Under the pieces are notes generated by a model, which had not been told where the DNA came from, did not search any database, and was given only the letters and a program-made list of their open reading frames with translations. Shown here piece by piece: positions 37,115-46,699 of a DNA stretch of 64,000 bases (its first letter is position 1; each line of letters starts with the position of its first letter). The translations under genes were made by a program, and so were the position numbers. This stretch comes from a virus (taxonomy: Duplodnaviria; Heunggongvirae; Uroviricota; Caudoviricetes): positions 8,095-72,094 of IMG/VR virus record IMGVR_UViG_3300022555_000023; one strand, written 5' to 3'.

Positions 37115-37583
37115 CGTTGGTTTCGATCCACTGCGGAATCACAGGCGGACCTACGCTCTCCAGCCGCCATCCTATTTCACCAGGCTCGGAGGCAGGAAGG
37201 GCTACACCCACCGGCCAGCGGTCGCAGCTTTCCAGGGCCTGTAGTATTTGAACCGATAATTCACAGTTTTCGACTTCCCTGCCACCCTGATAAGATCTGC
37301 CGGGCGGATAGTACAGCACCCAGGCACGCTGGTTCGACGGGCAGGCTGCGGCGATTGCCGACTCTGGCCTGTTCGTGTGCCGCCGGCGGTCGATCCACTC
37401 CCGCATCTTCTGGTAGGCTTCACTCGATGGCAACACGCTCAGATACACGCAGTCACCTACATAATTGGCTGTTGGCATGAATACGTCGTATTCACCAACC
37501 ACCAAACCGTAGTTCTGCACTAGCATACGGGCTTCGGTTATGTCACCGTTCCGTTGCGGGCATATTATATAGTGACTCGGCAT
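37026..37583 (-). CDS. Hypothetical protein of 185 aa ending in the C-terminal tag RRRIQTLPDSGEI. Paralogue of 33626..34609.
   Basis: ORF whose 3' end overlaps the GME start by 89 nt in another frame. Confidence 0.5.
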   Translation of the reverse strand: MPSHYIICPQRNGDITEARMLVQNYGLVVGEYDVFMPTANYVGDCVYLSVLPSSEAYQKMREWIDRRRHTNRPESAIAAACPSNQRAWVLYYPPGRSYQGGREVENCELSVQILQALESCDRWPVGVALPASEPGEIGWRLESVGPPVIPQWIETNGGQLWTPAMEDAPRPVRRRIQTLPDSGEI

Positions 37584-38306
37584 TTACTTCACGCCAGAAA
37601 ATACCCACGCCGACAGCCTCTGGTACGTTCCGCCGAACATATTAACGACGTGTCGAATGCCCTTCATCACCACCTCGCTGGCAAACGTCCACACGAAGCT
37701 CCAGGGCCACAGGGTCACCCAGGCCACGAGCCTCTTGCGGTTCGGAGCGAACGACGGCGGCTGAATGTGCGGTGGCTTGTCCTCCGACCACTTCATGCCG
37801 TAGTTATTAATGAACCGATAGGATCCGTTCTTGACCCAACCGTCCTCGGTGTTGGGGTTATCAACGTAGTGATCGTTGACGTAGTTACGTGACACGCCGT
37901 TCAGATACGCAGCGTGTGCAGCGTTATATTCCTTCAGCACCCGCTTCAGGAATATGATCCATCGGGGAAAGCTCCAGAGCATTCCAAGAACCACCCAGGC
38001 AATCGGATAAAGCACAAAGTGCCAGGGATGCTCCAGCATCAGCGGCCACAGATTGCCGAATAACAGCCAGGCCAACAGGAATGCGACCACACCGAATACG
38101 GTCCAGCCGGGAGCATCATCGTTCTCGGCACAGAAAAAGAACATGGCGGTTGCCACCACCAGCAGCAAGTAGAATGCTAGGCTGCCGAGGACAAAGATCG
38201 AGGTAAACATGACGTGTCTCCTTGTGTTAAGATTCTTCCTCGCCTTCGGTTTTGTCCGATAGGCTTTCCATCCAGCGTGCGATACCGTCTCGCTCACCAG
38301 CATCAT
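37584..38306 (-). CDS. Polytopic membrane protein of about 200-240 aa
   Basis: Multiple hydrophobic helices (SIFVLGSLAFYLLLVVATAMFFF, VVAFLLAWLLFGNLW, IAWVVLGMLW...). Confidence 0.5.
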   Translation of the reverse strand: MMLVSETVSHAGWKAYRTKPKARKNLNTRRHVMFTSIFVLGSLAFYLLLVVATAMFFFCAENDDAPGWTVFGVVAFLLAWLLFGNLWPLMLEHPWHFVLYPIAWVVLGMLWSFPRWIIFLKRVLKEYNAAHAAYLNGVSRNYVNDHYVDNPNTEDGWVKNGSYRFINNYGMKWSEDKPPHIQPPSFAPNRKRLVAWVTLWPWSFVWTFASEVVMKGIRHVVNMFGGTYQRLSAWVFSGVK

Positions 38307-38412
38307 CAGTGTAACGCATCGCCAGCCGCAGGGTCACCAGGGCGTCGGCGTAATGCCCACCCTCCTGCTGCTGCGATGCTTGTCTCAGAAGGTCATCGTA
38401 TCGCGGGCTCAT
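38227..38412 (-). CDS. Hypothetical protein of 61 aa
   Basis: Overlaps the previous ORF, so it is a weak call. Confidence 0.25.
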   Translation of the reverse strand: MSPRYDDLLRQASQQQEGGHYADALVTLRLAMRYTDDAGERDGIARWMESLSDKTEGEEES

Positions 38413-38771
38413 GCTTCGTACTTCGCCTCGGCGACGCGGGCCTTGGCCTCCATCTCCCTCGCGGCAGAGGTGTACTTCGTCATCTCTACGCTGTCACCGT
38501 CTGCATCCAGGTGCGACGGGGGCCATCCGTGCTTGCGAACGGAAAGCATCATGCGGTTCCAGCACTTGAGTAACGTATTACAAACGGCGGTGATAACACC
38601 AGCAAACAGGGCCAATATCATGAACGTCCCGCAAAACGACCAGAAGCCAGCGGTGCCATGTTCCAAGATGTTCTCGATCATATTTATTGTCCTGCCAAGT
38701 ACAGCCCCAGGCGTATCGACGTCAGAATTACGGCGGATAGCACGCAGAGCACTACTGCACCTAACACGCAC
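38409..38771 (-). CDS. Membrane protein of 120 aa
   Basis: Transmembrane segment FWSFCGTFMILALFAGVITAV. Confidence 0.45.
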   Translation of the reverse strand: MRVRCSSALRAIRRNSDVDTPGAVLGRTINMIENILEHGTAGFWSFCGTFMILALFAGVITAVCNTLLKCWNRMMLSVRKHGWPPSHLDADGDSVEMTKYTSAAREMEAKARVAEAKYEA

Positions 38772-38935
38772 GCATGACGACAGTCACAATCAGGATGACG
38801 TTTGATCTGCACCAGGGCATAGATACTCAGTATCAAGGCTAAGGTCACAGACGAGAGAACGGCGACGCATACGATTATCATATTATACCTCACCAGCTTC
38901 TCTGGCGACATTCGGTCACCAGCCTCTGCCAACAT
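38684..38935 (-). CDS. Membrane protein of 83 aa
   Basis: Two hydrophobic helices. Confidence 0.35.
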   Translation of the reverse strand: MLAEAGDRMSPEKLVRYNMIIVCVAVLSSVTLALILSIYALVQIKRHPDCDCRHACVLGAVVLCVLSAVILTSIRLGLYLAGQ

Positions 38936-39108
38936 GCATCACAGTGTACACCAGCAACCAGTCCGTTGTCGATACGCCACTGACCGGGCCTACCACAAGA
39001 ACATAACCGTTCCTTCTTCAATTTGGCCTTTCGCTTCTTCATCATACGACGGTAGTCTCTCCACGTCCGCCGGCGTTCGCTGCCGTTCATGTATCGTCGA
39101 GGGTTCAT
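38890..39108 (-). CDS. Basic zinc-finger protein of 72 aa
   Basis: A KKRKAKLKK stretch and CSCG...CDAC. Confidence 0.4.
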   Translation of the reverse strand: MNPRRYMNGSERRRTWRDYRRMMKKRKAKLKKERLCSCGRPGQWRIDNGLVAGVHCDACWQRLVTECRQRSW

Positions 39109-39137
39109 GGGGGATATGAGGCAGTTGTGTTGTCGCC

Positions 39138-40289
39138 TTACGTGGCATCTGGACCCCGCCGTGCATAAGCATCCCAGCCAAGGGCCGTAACGTCCTCATG
39201 CGAGGCTTCCGATATCATCACCAGAGCGTCGATCAGCTTCAAGTCTCGCAAAGCGGCCAGATGCTGCTTGATGCCGTCCAGTAGGGTAACGCAGCCCTCG
39301 CTTTGCAGATGCTCTAGAAACAGACTGCGAATCTCCTGCCGTTCACGATGATACACTTCATTCATGCGTTCCACCTCGGTGATACTGAGGTGAACCTCCT
39401 GCATGAGATCGTCCACCATAATCTCGATGTTCGGATCCTTGTCCTGGAGCTTGCGGCAGTTCCGCCACCAGAACACGGCGTTCTCCCGCAGCTTCTTCGC
39501 CTCGCCATCCAGCTTCTGACGTTCCTGCATAAACACCATGAGGTTGTGGAACTCGATAGACCAACCGTGCTGACCTTCCTGGAGATCGATCTCGTCACCT
39601 CGCAGGCCGTGGGCGATAGCCTGGAATTTAGCCCGCACTGCTTCGTATTCTACTCGTGTAGCGTTGTAATCTGTCTCCAGTGCCGCCATCTTCCGCGTAA
39701 TCTCGTGGCACTTCTTTTCCCAAGTGTCACGACTGAGTTTCAGGCCGTGAACCATCGTCAGCACGCGACCCAGCGTCGGGTTGCCTGGTTTGCTGGCAAC
39801 GTACTGGTCGCAAATCTTGTCGATGCTGTTCAGCACACCCAGGGCTGCATGCAGCTTCTTGAACAGGACGTCGGAGCAGGAATGCCCACCGTGCGTGCCT
39901 GTGGGCCACGCGTAGCCGCACGTGCAGCATACGCTAGTCTTCGGGTCGCGTACCGGCTGCATGAACGCAGGCTGCTGCTTCTCCTCCAGGCCGATAGCTC
40001 GACGAATGATACGGTTCAAAGCCTCCAGAGGTTTCACGCGGGCTTCCGGTTCCAGGTTGAGCAGGGAGGCACAGATCACCTTCTCGTCCATGCACTCGTG
40101 GCACTCGCAGGGCCTGCCCGTAGGCTCGCCACGCACCGTAGCCTGCATGCCGTGGCAGCGATGCTCCCAGCCGTCCCGCACGTTACAGCCGTCGCAGATG
40201 TTCGGCGGCAGGTCGATGTGGGCTACCGTGCAGCCCTCGGCCTGTAACTCAGCGGTCGTCTTCTCTGGTTCATCGATCAGGTCGGCCAC
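39138..40289 (-). CDS. Hypothetical Cys-rich protein of 383 aa with a coiled-coil C-terminal half
   Basis: Long ORF. Confidence 0.55.
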   Translation of the reverse strand: MADLIDEPEKTTAELQAEGCTVAHIDLPPNICDGCNVRDGWEHRCHGMQATVRGEPTGRPCECHECMDEKVICASLLNLEPEARVKPLEALNRIIRRAIGLEEKQQPAFMQPVRDPKTSVCCTCGYAWPTGTHGGHSCSDVLFKKLHAALGVLNSIDKICDQYVASKPGNPTLGRVLTMVHGLKLSRDTWEKKCHEITRKMAALETDYNATRVEYEAVRAKFQAIAHGLRGDEIDLQEGQHGWSIEFHNLMVFMQERQKLDGEAKKLRENAVFWWRNCRKLQDKDPNIEIMVDDLMQEVHLSITEVERMNEVYHRERQEIRSLFLEHLQSEGCVTLLDGIKQHLAALRDLKLIDALVMISEASHEDVTALGWDAYARRGPDAT

Positions 40290-40710
40290 GGTCCTGCCGC
40301 AGTGCGAGCATCCGCCGGTGCAGACAGCCGTGCGGGGTCATCGGCCCGTGACAGGTTGGGCATGTATTCATAGCAGTCTCCTTTACAAGATTCGGGTAGG
40401 GCATACGGGCCAGCAGCTTGTCGGCCTCCTCGGGCGTGACGCTGACCGGAAGATCGTAATCTTCGGTGTTGGCCAGGATGCCGTCCGCACAGAAGTCAAG
40501 GGTGATGTCGCTGTGCCGCACCGCCTCTTCGACCACGCGGATGGCGTCGGCCCGCGTGAAGCACAGGGCGAACTCCTGCGAGTCATAAGCCTTGATGATC
40601 GTATCGACGGCGAGGCAGTGATCCGAAGCGCACTGGAGAACGCCAGTGCGGTTGCGTGCCCGCAGGAACTCGATGGCCTGCTGCAACGATGACTTGACGG
40701 TATCGCTCAT
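40270..40710 (-). CDS. Hypothetical protein of 146 aa
   Basis: ORF. Confidence 0.5.
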   Translation of the reverse strand: MSDTVKSSLQQAIEFLRARNRTGVLQCASDHCLAVDTIIKAYDSQEFALCFTRADAIRVVEEAVRHSDITLDFCADGILANTEDYDLPVSVTPEEADKLLARMPYPNLVKETAMNTCPTCHGPMTPHGCLHRRMLALRQDRGRPDR

Positions 40711-41354
40711 GATTTATCCTTGGGAAGTAGTTTGAACTCTTCGGGCTTGTAACCACCGCGGGTGCCATCGTCGAAACGGATGGTGTACAACAAACCGATC
40801 ATCTCGTTGAACCCCACGATCTCGCCAGGTACGCCCCACTTACGTTCGCCGAGAAGATCGGCAAACAACTGATTCTCGGTCTCGGTGCGAACGGTACGCG
40901 ACCTCGTCGTCACGACTCGCGTGCCCAGCGGTATCGGGGGCCACATCACCTCAACATCGCTGGCGTCCTCCAGCGTCTCCAGTTCGGCCCGTTCGTATTC
41001 ATAGCTGGAACGATCTCGCAGGATGTGCCAGGCCAGCCAGCCGTTGTTGGTGTCGATGGCCCGCTTGATGCGGTTGTAATCATCGGTCTCCTGCTGCCAG
41101 GCGTTCAGCGACCGCCGGTACTGCTTGAACGTCTCCTTCGCCGCAGCCTGCATGGACGCTGGCATCTTCTCGATGTCGGCCTCCGCGAAGTCGGGCTTCG
41201 TGGGAGCGACGCCAGGGGCGTAGTACCAGCCGCCCTCATCGAAACGGGCCTTCAGGACTGACAGTGCAGCCTGGGCCAGCAGTTTGTCGGTCGATGCGTC
41301 GAAGTGGCGGGTGCCGTGCTTTTCTTCCAGAACGAGAATGCGTTTCATGATCAT
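40707..41354 (-). CDS. Hypothetical protein of 215 aa
   Basis: ORF with ATGA overlap. Confidence 0.5.
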   Translation of the reverse strand: MIMKRILVLEEKHGTRHFDASTDKLLAQAALSVLKARFDEGGWYYAPGVAPTKPDFAEADIEKMPASMQAAAKETFKQYRRSLNAWQQETDDYNRIKRAIDTNNGWLAWHILRDRSSYEYERAELETLEDASDVEVMWPPIPLGTRVVTTRSRTVRTETENQLFADLLGERKWGVPGEIVGFNEMIGLLYTIRFDDGTRGGYKPEEFKLLPKDKS

Positions 41355-42220
41355 CCACGGGGTTCGTCGCCGGGAACGACAGCTTCGCCCAGCGGCATGG
41401 GTCGGTTCTCAGGGTATTCGGGATACGTCTTGGGATGGGCGGCGTGCCATGCAACAGCAGCCTCCTGATTCTTGCGATCCTCGTCGTCGCGGGCCTGTGT
41501 AATACGCTTGTGGGCCTCGATCAGTTCCAGGCGGGCCTCCTCCTTCTTCGCCTCTTCATCCAGGTCGGGGGCGATCTCCACAACCGCCTCGGTATCCGGG
41601 TCGGTTGCCGGCAGTTCGGTCTGATCGTCGCCGCTGCTGTGGCTATGCTCCATCTCGGCGGGCATATCACCGAACGTCTCGCCCAGGTAGCGGAAGACGT
41701 AGTCGAGGATGCTCTTGGCATACCGCACGCACGTCTCGCCCTTGGTGTAACCCATAGGCTCAAACTTCGTGTGGCTGAACTTCTCCACGAGCTTGTACAG
41801 CGGCCACCCGCTTTGCAGGCAGAAGCTGGTCAGGGTGGCGATGCCGTCGAGCAGGCCGTCGATGGTGCTGCCCTCCTTCCGCGTCGTCAGGAAGATCTCG
41901 CACAGCCTGCCGTCAGGAAAGGTGTTCGAGATGATGAAGAATTCGACCGGATCGGGCGACGTGCCGTCATCGGACATGGCGAGGATGGTGGCCTTGTGCG
42001 TCAGGCCAAATCGGGTCTCGGTTGGTTTTTCACGGTTCATATCGGTCTCCTTGATAAGGGCGGAACGGGCGAGCGACGCCTCCGAATCACAGAGAGTCAC
42101 TAGGCCCGAAGGCCACGCCATTCTAAGGGATGCCGTGCGTAGCGATCCCAACCATCCCTGCGTCGTAACGCCGCCCGCACCATGCATCACCAGACACGAA
42201 CTACATACCGGAAAACACAA
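41351..42220 (-). CDS. Possible TSCPD-domain protein (like the C-terminal domain of class II ribonucleotide reductase NrdJ), 289 aa
   Basis: The segment STIDGLLDGIATLTSFCLQSGWPLYKLVEKFSHTKFEPMGYT resembles the TSCPD consensus. This comes from memory and is weak. Confidence 0.4.
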   Translation of the reverse strand: MCFPVCSSCLVMHGAGGVTTQGWLGSLRTASLRMAWPSGLVTLCDSEASLARSALIKETDMNREKPTETRFGLTHKATILAMSDDGTSPDPVEFFIISNTFPDGRLCEIFLTTRKEGSTIDGLLDGIATLTSFCLQSGWPLYKLVEKFSHTKFEPMGYTKGETCVRYAKSILDYVFRYLGETFGDMPAEMEHSHSSGDDQTELPATDPDTEAVVEIAPDLDEEAKKEEARLELIEAHKRITQARDDEDRKNQEAAVAWHAAHPKTYPEYPENRPMPLGEAVVPGDEPRG

Positions 42221-42686
42221 TAATCCAGTCGTGCAATGAACTGCCTGACGATACGTTAGCTACATAAACTTGCTGGCTTTTTAGCCCGAGGGCATTCACA
42301 TACAGCTCCTTGACCACCCAGTGTTCATCCTGCCACGCCAACTGAACTGTAATTGGTGATTTAAGGCTTGCCGCACGAGCATCGTCTTTCCATTCGGATG
42401 ACGGTATAGAGTACTCGTCGCGGAACGTAACCGTCGCCGTGTACGGCGTTATCATCGAATCCGTCTTCTTGACATCATAATGCAAGTCATGAGCAGTCGC
42501 ACCACGCGGCGTGCCGCGTGCCACGCGAGCCAGAATATCCTTCATGGCCGAGACTGGATCGGGTTTGACCGGAACGGAAACCAGGACAGGATCAGCAGAC
42601 TGTTTGGCGTTGGGTGTCGACGTTACGGATGTCTCGAACGAGCATCCGGCAACGATCAACAAAAGTACGAGACTCGCAAACTTCAT
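42201..42686 (-). CDS. Lipoprotein of about 161 aa
   Basis: Internal start MKFASLVLLLIVAGCS, which is a signal peptide plus lipobox. Confidence 0.5.
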   Translation of the reverse strand: MKFASLVLLLIVAGCSFETSVTSTPNAKQSADPVLVSVPVKPDPVSAMKDILARVARGTPRGATAHDLHYDVKKTDSMITPYTATVTFRDEYSIPSSEWKDDARAASLKSPITVQLAWQDEHWVVKELYVNALGLKSQQVYVANVSSGSSLHDWIIVFSGM

Positions 42687-42739
42687 GATACTACCTTTCG
42701 AGTTAGTGGAGATGTAAACCTGCATCACGTCACCAGACA

Positions 42740-43669
42740 CTACTCAAGCGGTGCATTTCCGATATCATATCTCCCGTCACCGGCTCGCGTCAGGGTGCGG
42801 TACTGAAACGGCATTACGCCAGCGTTGGGCGGGGATTGGCTATCGGGTACGATATCGAACGATGGATGATATACAATGAACGCAAACGCCGCACGATGCG
42901 GCTCGTGGTGAACGCTGCGTATGACAGCCCCGTGCGGCAATTCGGGGTCGATGCCGACCACGATGTAGTCGGGATCCTCGCGGTAGAAGGCGATCAGCAG
43001 TTCTCGCTCGCGGATGTAGTATATCATCTCGCGGCGTTCCCGGTTGGGGGCATGGGACATGTCCATGACTCGCCCGCGGGCCACGCCACGCAAATCTTCA
43101 CCGATGGCGGGGCATCGCGGTTGGGCCTCGCAGATGACTCCCGATTGACCGTTTCCCATGTGGAACGCTAGGTTCTCGGGGCCACCCAGCGGTAACGGGG
43201 CTGCCCGCCCGCCTGAACGCGGCACGTTGCTCACGTTGGGCCTTGCGGAAGATACGCGGCCCGTTTCCGTACTATGCCACTGAAGCCGCCTGTCGAGGTT
43301 TACGGCCTCGTCAAAGGCTACGCCGCTGATCTCCTGTCCGCGAAGCGGTACGTTATCCGGTGGAACCCACAGCCCGGCGATACCGGCACGCTGCCCTGGC
43401 GGGTAGGCCACCTCCATGTTCAGCACCACCTGACCGTTACACACATAAGCTGTACAGTTCCTAACCGTCGCCGGCTCACCGTTGATGTTGATGAATCGGT
43501 TCATCAAGTCGACGTTGATGTTGCCCGGGTCAGGGCTCGCGATCCTCATACCGAATTGACCGGCACGCATCGGTTCGGGGCGTAGGGACGGCGGAACGGG
43601 TGGCGGACCACCTGTGTTCATACGTCGTCGAACTACAGGCGGTGTCTGGATGCGTCTACGTTCGGGCAT
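42740..43669 (-). CDS. Hypothetical protein of 309 aa starting MPERRRIQTPPVVRRRMNT (N-terminal tag followed by a half-repeat)
   Basis: ORF with the ribosome-binding site TAGGAGCAAGTC. Confidence 0.55.
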   Translation of the reverse strand: MPERRRIQTPPVVRRRMNTGGPPPVPPSLRPEPMRAGQFGMRIASPDPGNINVDLMNRFININGEPATVRNCTAYVCNGQVVLNMEVAYPPGQRAGIAGLWVPPDNVPLRGQEISGVAFDEAVNLDRRLQWHSTETGRVSSARPNVSNVPRSGGRAAPLPLGGPENLAFHMGNGQSGVICEAQPRCPAIGEDLRGVARGRVMDMSHAPNRERREMIYYIRERELLIAFYREDPDYIVVGIDPELPHGAVIRSVHHEPHRAAFAFIVYHPSFDIVPDSQSPPNAGVMPFQYRTLTRAGDGRYDIGNAPLE

Positions 43670-44519
43670 GACTTGCTCCTATACGACGTCTAGACACGAA
43701 GATTCGCTTTACTTCGTCCACATCGGTGCGGAGCGTAACCAGTTGCCGCATGATTGCCAGTCCATCATCGCGGAACTTCAGCAGGGCGGCCCTGCGGGAC
43801 GCGCTGACCTTAACTGAATCGATGTTATCGTAAATAGCGTCGATGCTGCCCCACTGCCGAATAGCCTCGCTGGCCGTCTTCTCGCCCCATCCCGGACAAC
43901 CAGGCACACCGTCTCCAGAATCACCAGCGAGGGTCTGATAATCAATCCACTGACGCGGCGTCAGGCCCTTCTGATCGAGAAGAAGCTGCGGCGTCATCCA
44001 CTCAATGTTTGTGATACCCGATCCCAACAGGTGGAACTTCTTGATGATCGTTACGCGGTCGGCAACCAAGCACTGGTTGAGGTCTTTGTCGGGCGACGCG
44101 AGCACGGCATCACTGCCCACGGCGACCGCCCTGGCGGCTAAGGCAGCTAGGCAATCATCCGCTTCAAAACCGTTTACCTGAACCACCACGGCCCAGTCCT
44201 TCAGCACGCCCAGAGCATTCTCCAGTACGAAGTGCAGGTTCTCGTCGTGCGGGCGTTCGCCCCGTTTGGCCTTATAGGGCGGATAGAGATCATGCCGGAA
44301 GCTCCTGCGGTCGAGGCACACCACCACCAGCTTCGGCTGTAGGTTCCGCGTCAGGGCGTCGATGCGGCGCACCACAGTCTCCAGCACATCGTGCCCGTTG
44401 TTGGCATGGTAGATAGTGTGCAGCCAGTTCGTACCGTCGATGCCGAGATAGACTTGACGGCTGGCCCGTGTGGTAGCGACATCGAACAATGATCGATCCG
44501 GGCGGCGGATTGCCATCAT
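43656..44519 (-). CDS. 5'-3' exonuclease / flap endonuclease (FEN, RNase H-like) of 287 aa
   Basis: YLGIDGTNWLH, YKAKR, GFEADDCLAALA and GDSGDGVPGCPGWGEKTA are hallmark motifs of the PIN and H3TH domains. Confidence 0.75.
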   Translation of the reverse strand: MMAIRRPDRSLFDVATTRASRQVYLGIDGTNWLHTIYHANNGHDVLETVVRRIDALTRNLQPKLVVVCLDRRSFRHDLYPPYKAKRGERPHDENLHFVLENALGVLKDWAVVVQVNGFEADDCLAALAARAVAVGSDAVLASPDKDLNQCLVADRVTIIKKFHLLGSGITNIEWMTPQLLLDQKGLTPRQWIDYQTLAGDSGDGVPGCPGWGEKTASEAIRQWGSIDAIYDNIDSVKVSASRRAALLKFRDDGLAIMRQLVTLRTDVDEVKRIFVSRRRIGASHART

Positions 44520-44995
44520 ATCCTCACGGATACGTGAACTCCGGTCAGCAGCGACTTGGTCACTCCCGCCGGCATCTCGGAGCTTGAATATTCCTTGCGG
44601 CCCAGCGATATGCTCAGCACGGTCAGGCCGGTCCGTAGCTCGAACTCTCGCACCAGCGTGCCCACCGATTCAGCTAACGCTATTTTGGCTCGCTTGGCCT
44701 CGTCGATGTTCATGCTTTGGATTTCCGGTACTTTGACCTCGTTCATCAGGGCGCACATCTTACGGATGGCCTTCTCCTCGATCTGGCGGATGCGGGCGAC
44801 GGTGGTCTTGAAGATGTGGGCCACCTCCTGAAATGTGTAGCAGTAGCCATCGCCAAAACCGAACCGCAGCTTGAGTATCTCACGCTCGCGATAGGTGATC
44901 TTGCTGAGATGAATCACTACAGCGTCTTTGCCCAGCACGGAGATCGCCGTGCCGAACTTTTGCAGTACTTCAGATCTTGTTGGTTTTTTGGTCAT
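44516..44995 (-). CDS. Protein of about 159 aa containing a sigma-70 region 4 domain. Putative phage sigma-like or transcription factor.
   Basis: REREILKLRFGFGDGYCYTFQEVAHIFKTTVARIRQIEEKAIRKM matches the sigma-70 region 4 consensus. Start taken at ATG 44993-44995. No region 2 is recognisable. Confidence 0.55.
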   Translation of the reverse strand: MTKKPTRSEVLQKFGTAISVLGKDAVVIHLSKITYREREILKLRFGFGDGYCYTFQEVAHIFKTTVARIRQIEEKAIRKMCALMNEVKVPEIQSMNIDEAKRAKIALAESVGTLVREFELRTGLTVLSISLGRKEYSSSEMPAGVTKSLLTGVHVSVRI

Positions 44996-44996
44996 A

Positions 44997-46211
44997 TTAC
45001 TTCTTTCCGAATCTAAGCCAAATATCACTGCCACTACCACAGGCCGGGCTGAACCAAACACGCTCGCGGCCCGCGTTCCCGCGAAGAAACTGCCCGCCCT
45101 TCTCTACCTTCTTGTTAGCCCCATCCTGACCCTGGTTTCCGTAGCCTCCTGCGGCTGTCCACGCGTGAACTGCCCATCCGTTCTGCTCAAGGATATCACC
45201 TTCCGGTGTATAGCCGCAGTACGCGATGCGGTAGATATTCGTGTCTTTGTTCGCTCGGCACCACGCGGGGTCGGTATGCTGGATGCACCACTCCTTGATC
45301 TTGGTGCTGATGTCGGCATCCTGATTTGTGTATAGGGTGCCGTTGAAGTTGGCATCAGCACCGTAGGGCGGGTCGAACATGATGCCTATTTTGCCCGTTC
45401 CCGTGAACGCGGGCGTCACGGCCCGCGACCAGTCACCGCTGAGGACTAATGTCTGTCGCATGCGGTACGACAGGGCTCGCATCCACGACTTGAGGTAGTC
45501 AAGCTCCTGCCGCAGCACGCCCCGGTTCCCCACGCAGGGCACGCTACAGGTGATGCCGTTGCCGTCCCGTCGCGGGTCGTCCTTCTCCAGGCACACAAGC
45601 TCGTCGTTGATGACGTACCACGGGCCGTCGCCGCTACAGAACCCACCGCCCAGCTTCATGCAGATGCCCCACAGCCACCACGCGCCGAGCTTCACGTCAC
45701 AGAAGTCGGTACTGCCGCCCACGAGCTTCCGCATGCGATCCCTGGATCGCGTGAGGTGCGAGTGGATGGCGTGCAGTTCCATCTCGGCCAGCATGATACC
45801 GTTGCAGATCTCAGCCACCTCGTCGGGATGACGGCTGATGGCCCTCCACGCGTTCACCAGGAGGGCATCGTAGTCGTTGAGGACTTCACGGCCCACCCAC
45901 GGCTGTGGTCGCACGAGGTACGTTGCTGCGGATCCCATGCACGGCTCGATATAGCAGTCGAGGGTCTTGGGATCCAGGCGACTCCATATCTCATTAGCGA
46001 CACCGCTTTTTCCGCCGAAGTACGGATAGGGGGCAACAAGTAGCTTCTCGTCCACGTTCCCGCTATCACCAATATGCCTGCGAGCAGGGGTCGCAATCGA
46101 GCGACGGACGAGGGTACGCTGGTCGGATGTCGGTTCTTCCGCGACGGGAACCTCCACGGACGAGATGATGCGGCGTCGTGTAGGTACGGTTTCGATATTT
46201 CGGCGTTCCAT
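44997..46211 (-). CDS. DNA N6-adenine methyltransferase (Dam/D12 class) of 404 aa with an N-terminal extension of about 50 aa carrying the MERRNIETVPTRRRII tag
   Basis: YPYFGGK (SAM-binding motif of Dam) and the DPPY catalytic motif (IMFDPPYG). Confidence 0.7.
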   Translation of the reverse strand: MERRNIETVPTRRRIISSVEVPVAEEPTSDQRTLVRRSIATPARRHIGDSGNVDEKLLVAPYPYFGGKSGVANEIWSRLDPKTLDCYIEPCMGSAATYLVRPQPWVGREVLNDYDALLVNAWRAISRHPDEVAEICNGIMLAEMELHAIHSHLTRSRDRMRKLVGGSTDFCDVKLGAWWLWGICMKLGGGFCSGDGPWYVINDELVCLEKDDPRRDGNGITCSVPCVGNRGVLRQELDYLKSWMRALSYRMRQTLVLSGDWSRAVTPAFTGTGKIGIMFDPPYGADANFNGTLYTNQDADISTKIKEWCIQHTDPAWCRANKDTNIYRIAYCGYTPEGDILEQNGWAVHAWTAAGGYGNQGQDGANKKVEKGGQFLRGNAGRERVWFSPACGSGSDIWLRFGKK

Positions 46212-46442
46212 TTACTTCGGCTTTCCTTTACTCCCTAGTTTAGACGCGGCCCATTCCAGTCGATCCTGGGCGACGCGAGCGATGCGTCGTAGCTCAGCCG
46301 AATCAAACCGGCTGGCCTGCATAACTTCAACAAACTCAACATCGGTTTTGGCCATCCGAGCCATATCAAGGGGATCGGTGGGCCACAGAGATTCACTGTG
46401 AATTCTGTTCGTGGGTTTGTGCGGCTGCGGCCTGGGCTTCAT
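46212..46442 (-). CDS. Hypothetical protein of 76 aa
   Basis: ORF. Confidence 0.4.
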   Translation of the reverse strand: MKPRPQPHKPTNRIHSESLWPTDPLDMARMAKTDVEFVEVMQASRFDSAELRRIARVAQDRLEWAASKLGSKGKPK

Positions 46443-46660
46443 GGTGATCTCCTATTCCATCGCCTGACTGCTTCGGTCAGGCCCGCGGCTGCGATCTTGG
46501 GATACCAGTAGCTCAGACAGTTCTTCTGAATGTTGTCGATGATACTACTCATCGGAATCCTCTTCGTTACAGATTTCTTTGTGACCACAGTCGACGTTCC
46601 TCGCCTTTCTTCTTGTACGGGGCTCGATATAGTGATTTGCATACAGGGCAAGGTTGGCAA
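46439..46660 (-). CDS. Hypothetical protein of 73 aa
   Basis: ORF with ATGA overlap. Confidence 0.4.
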   Translation of the reverse strand: MPTLPCMQITISSPVQEERRGTSTVVTKKSVTKRIPMSSIIDNIQKNCLSYWYPKIAAAGLTEAVRRWNRRSP

Positions 46661-46699
46661 CCGTACATATTGCTGTTTGCATGGTCGTGCTTGATGATG

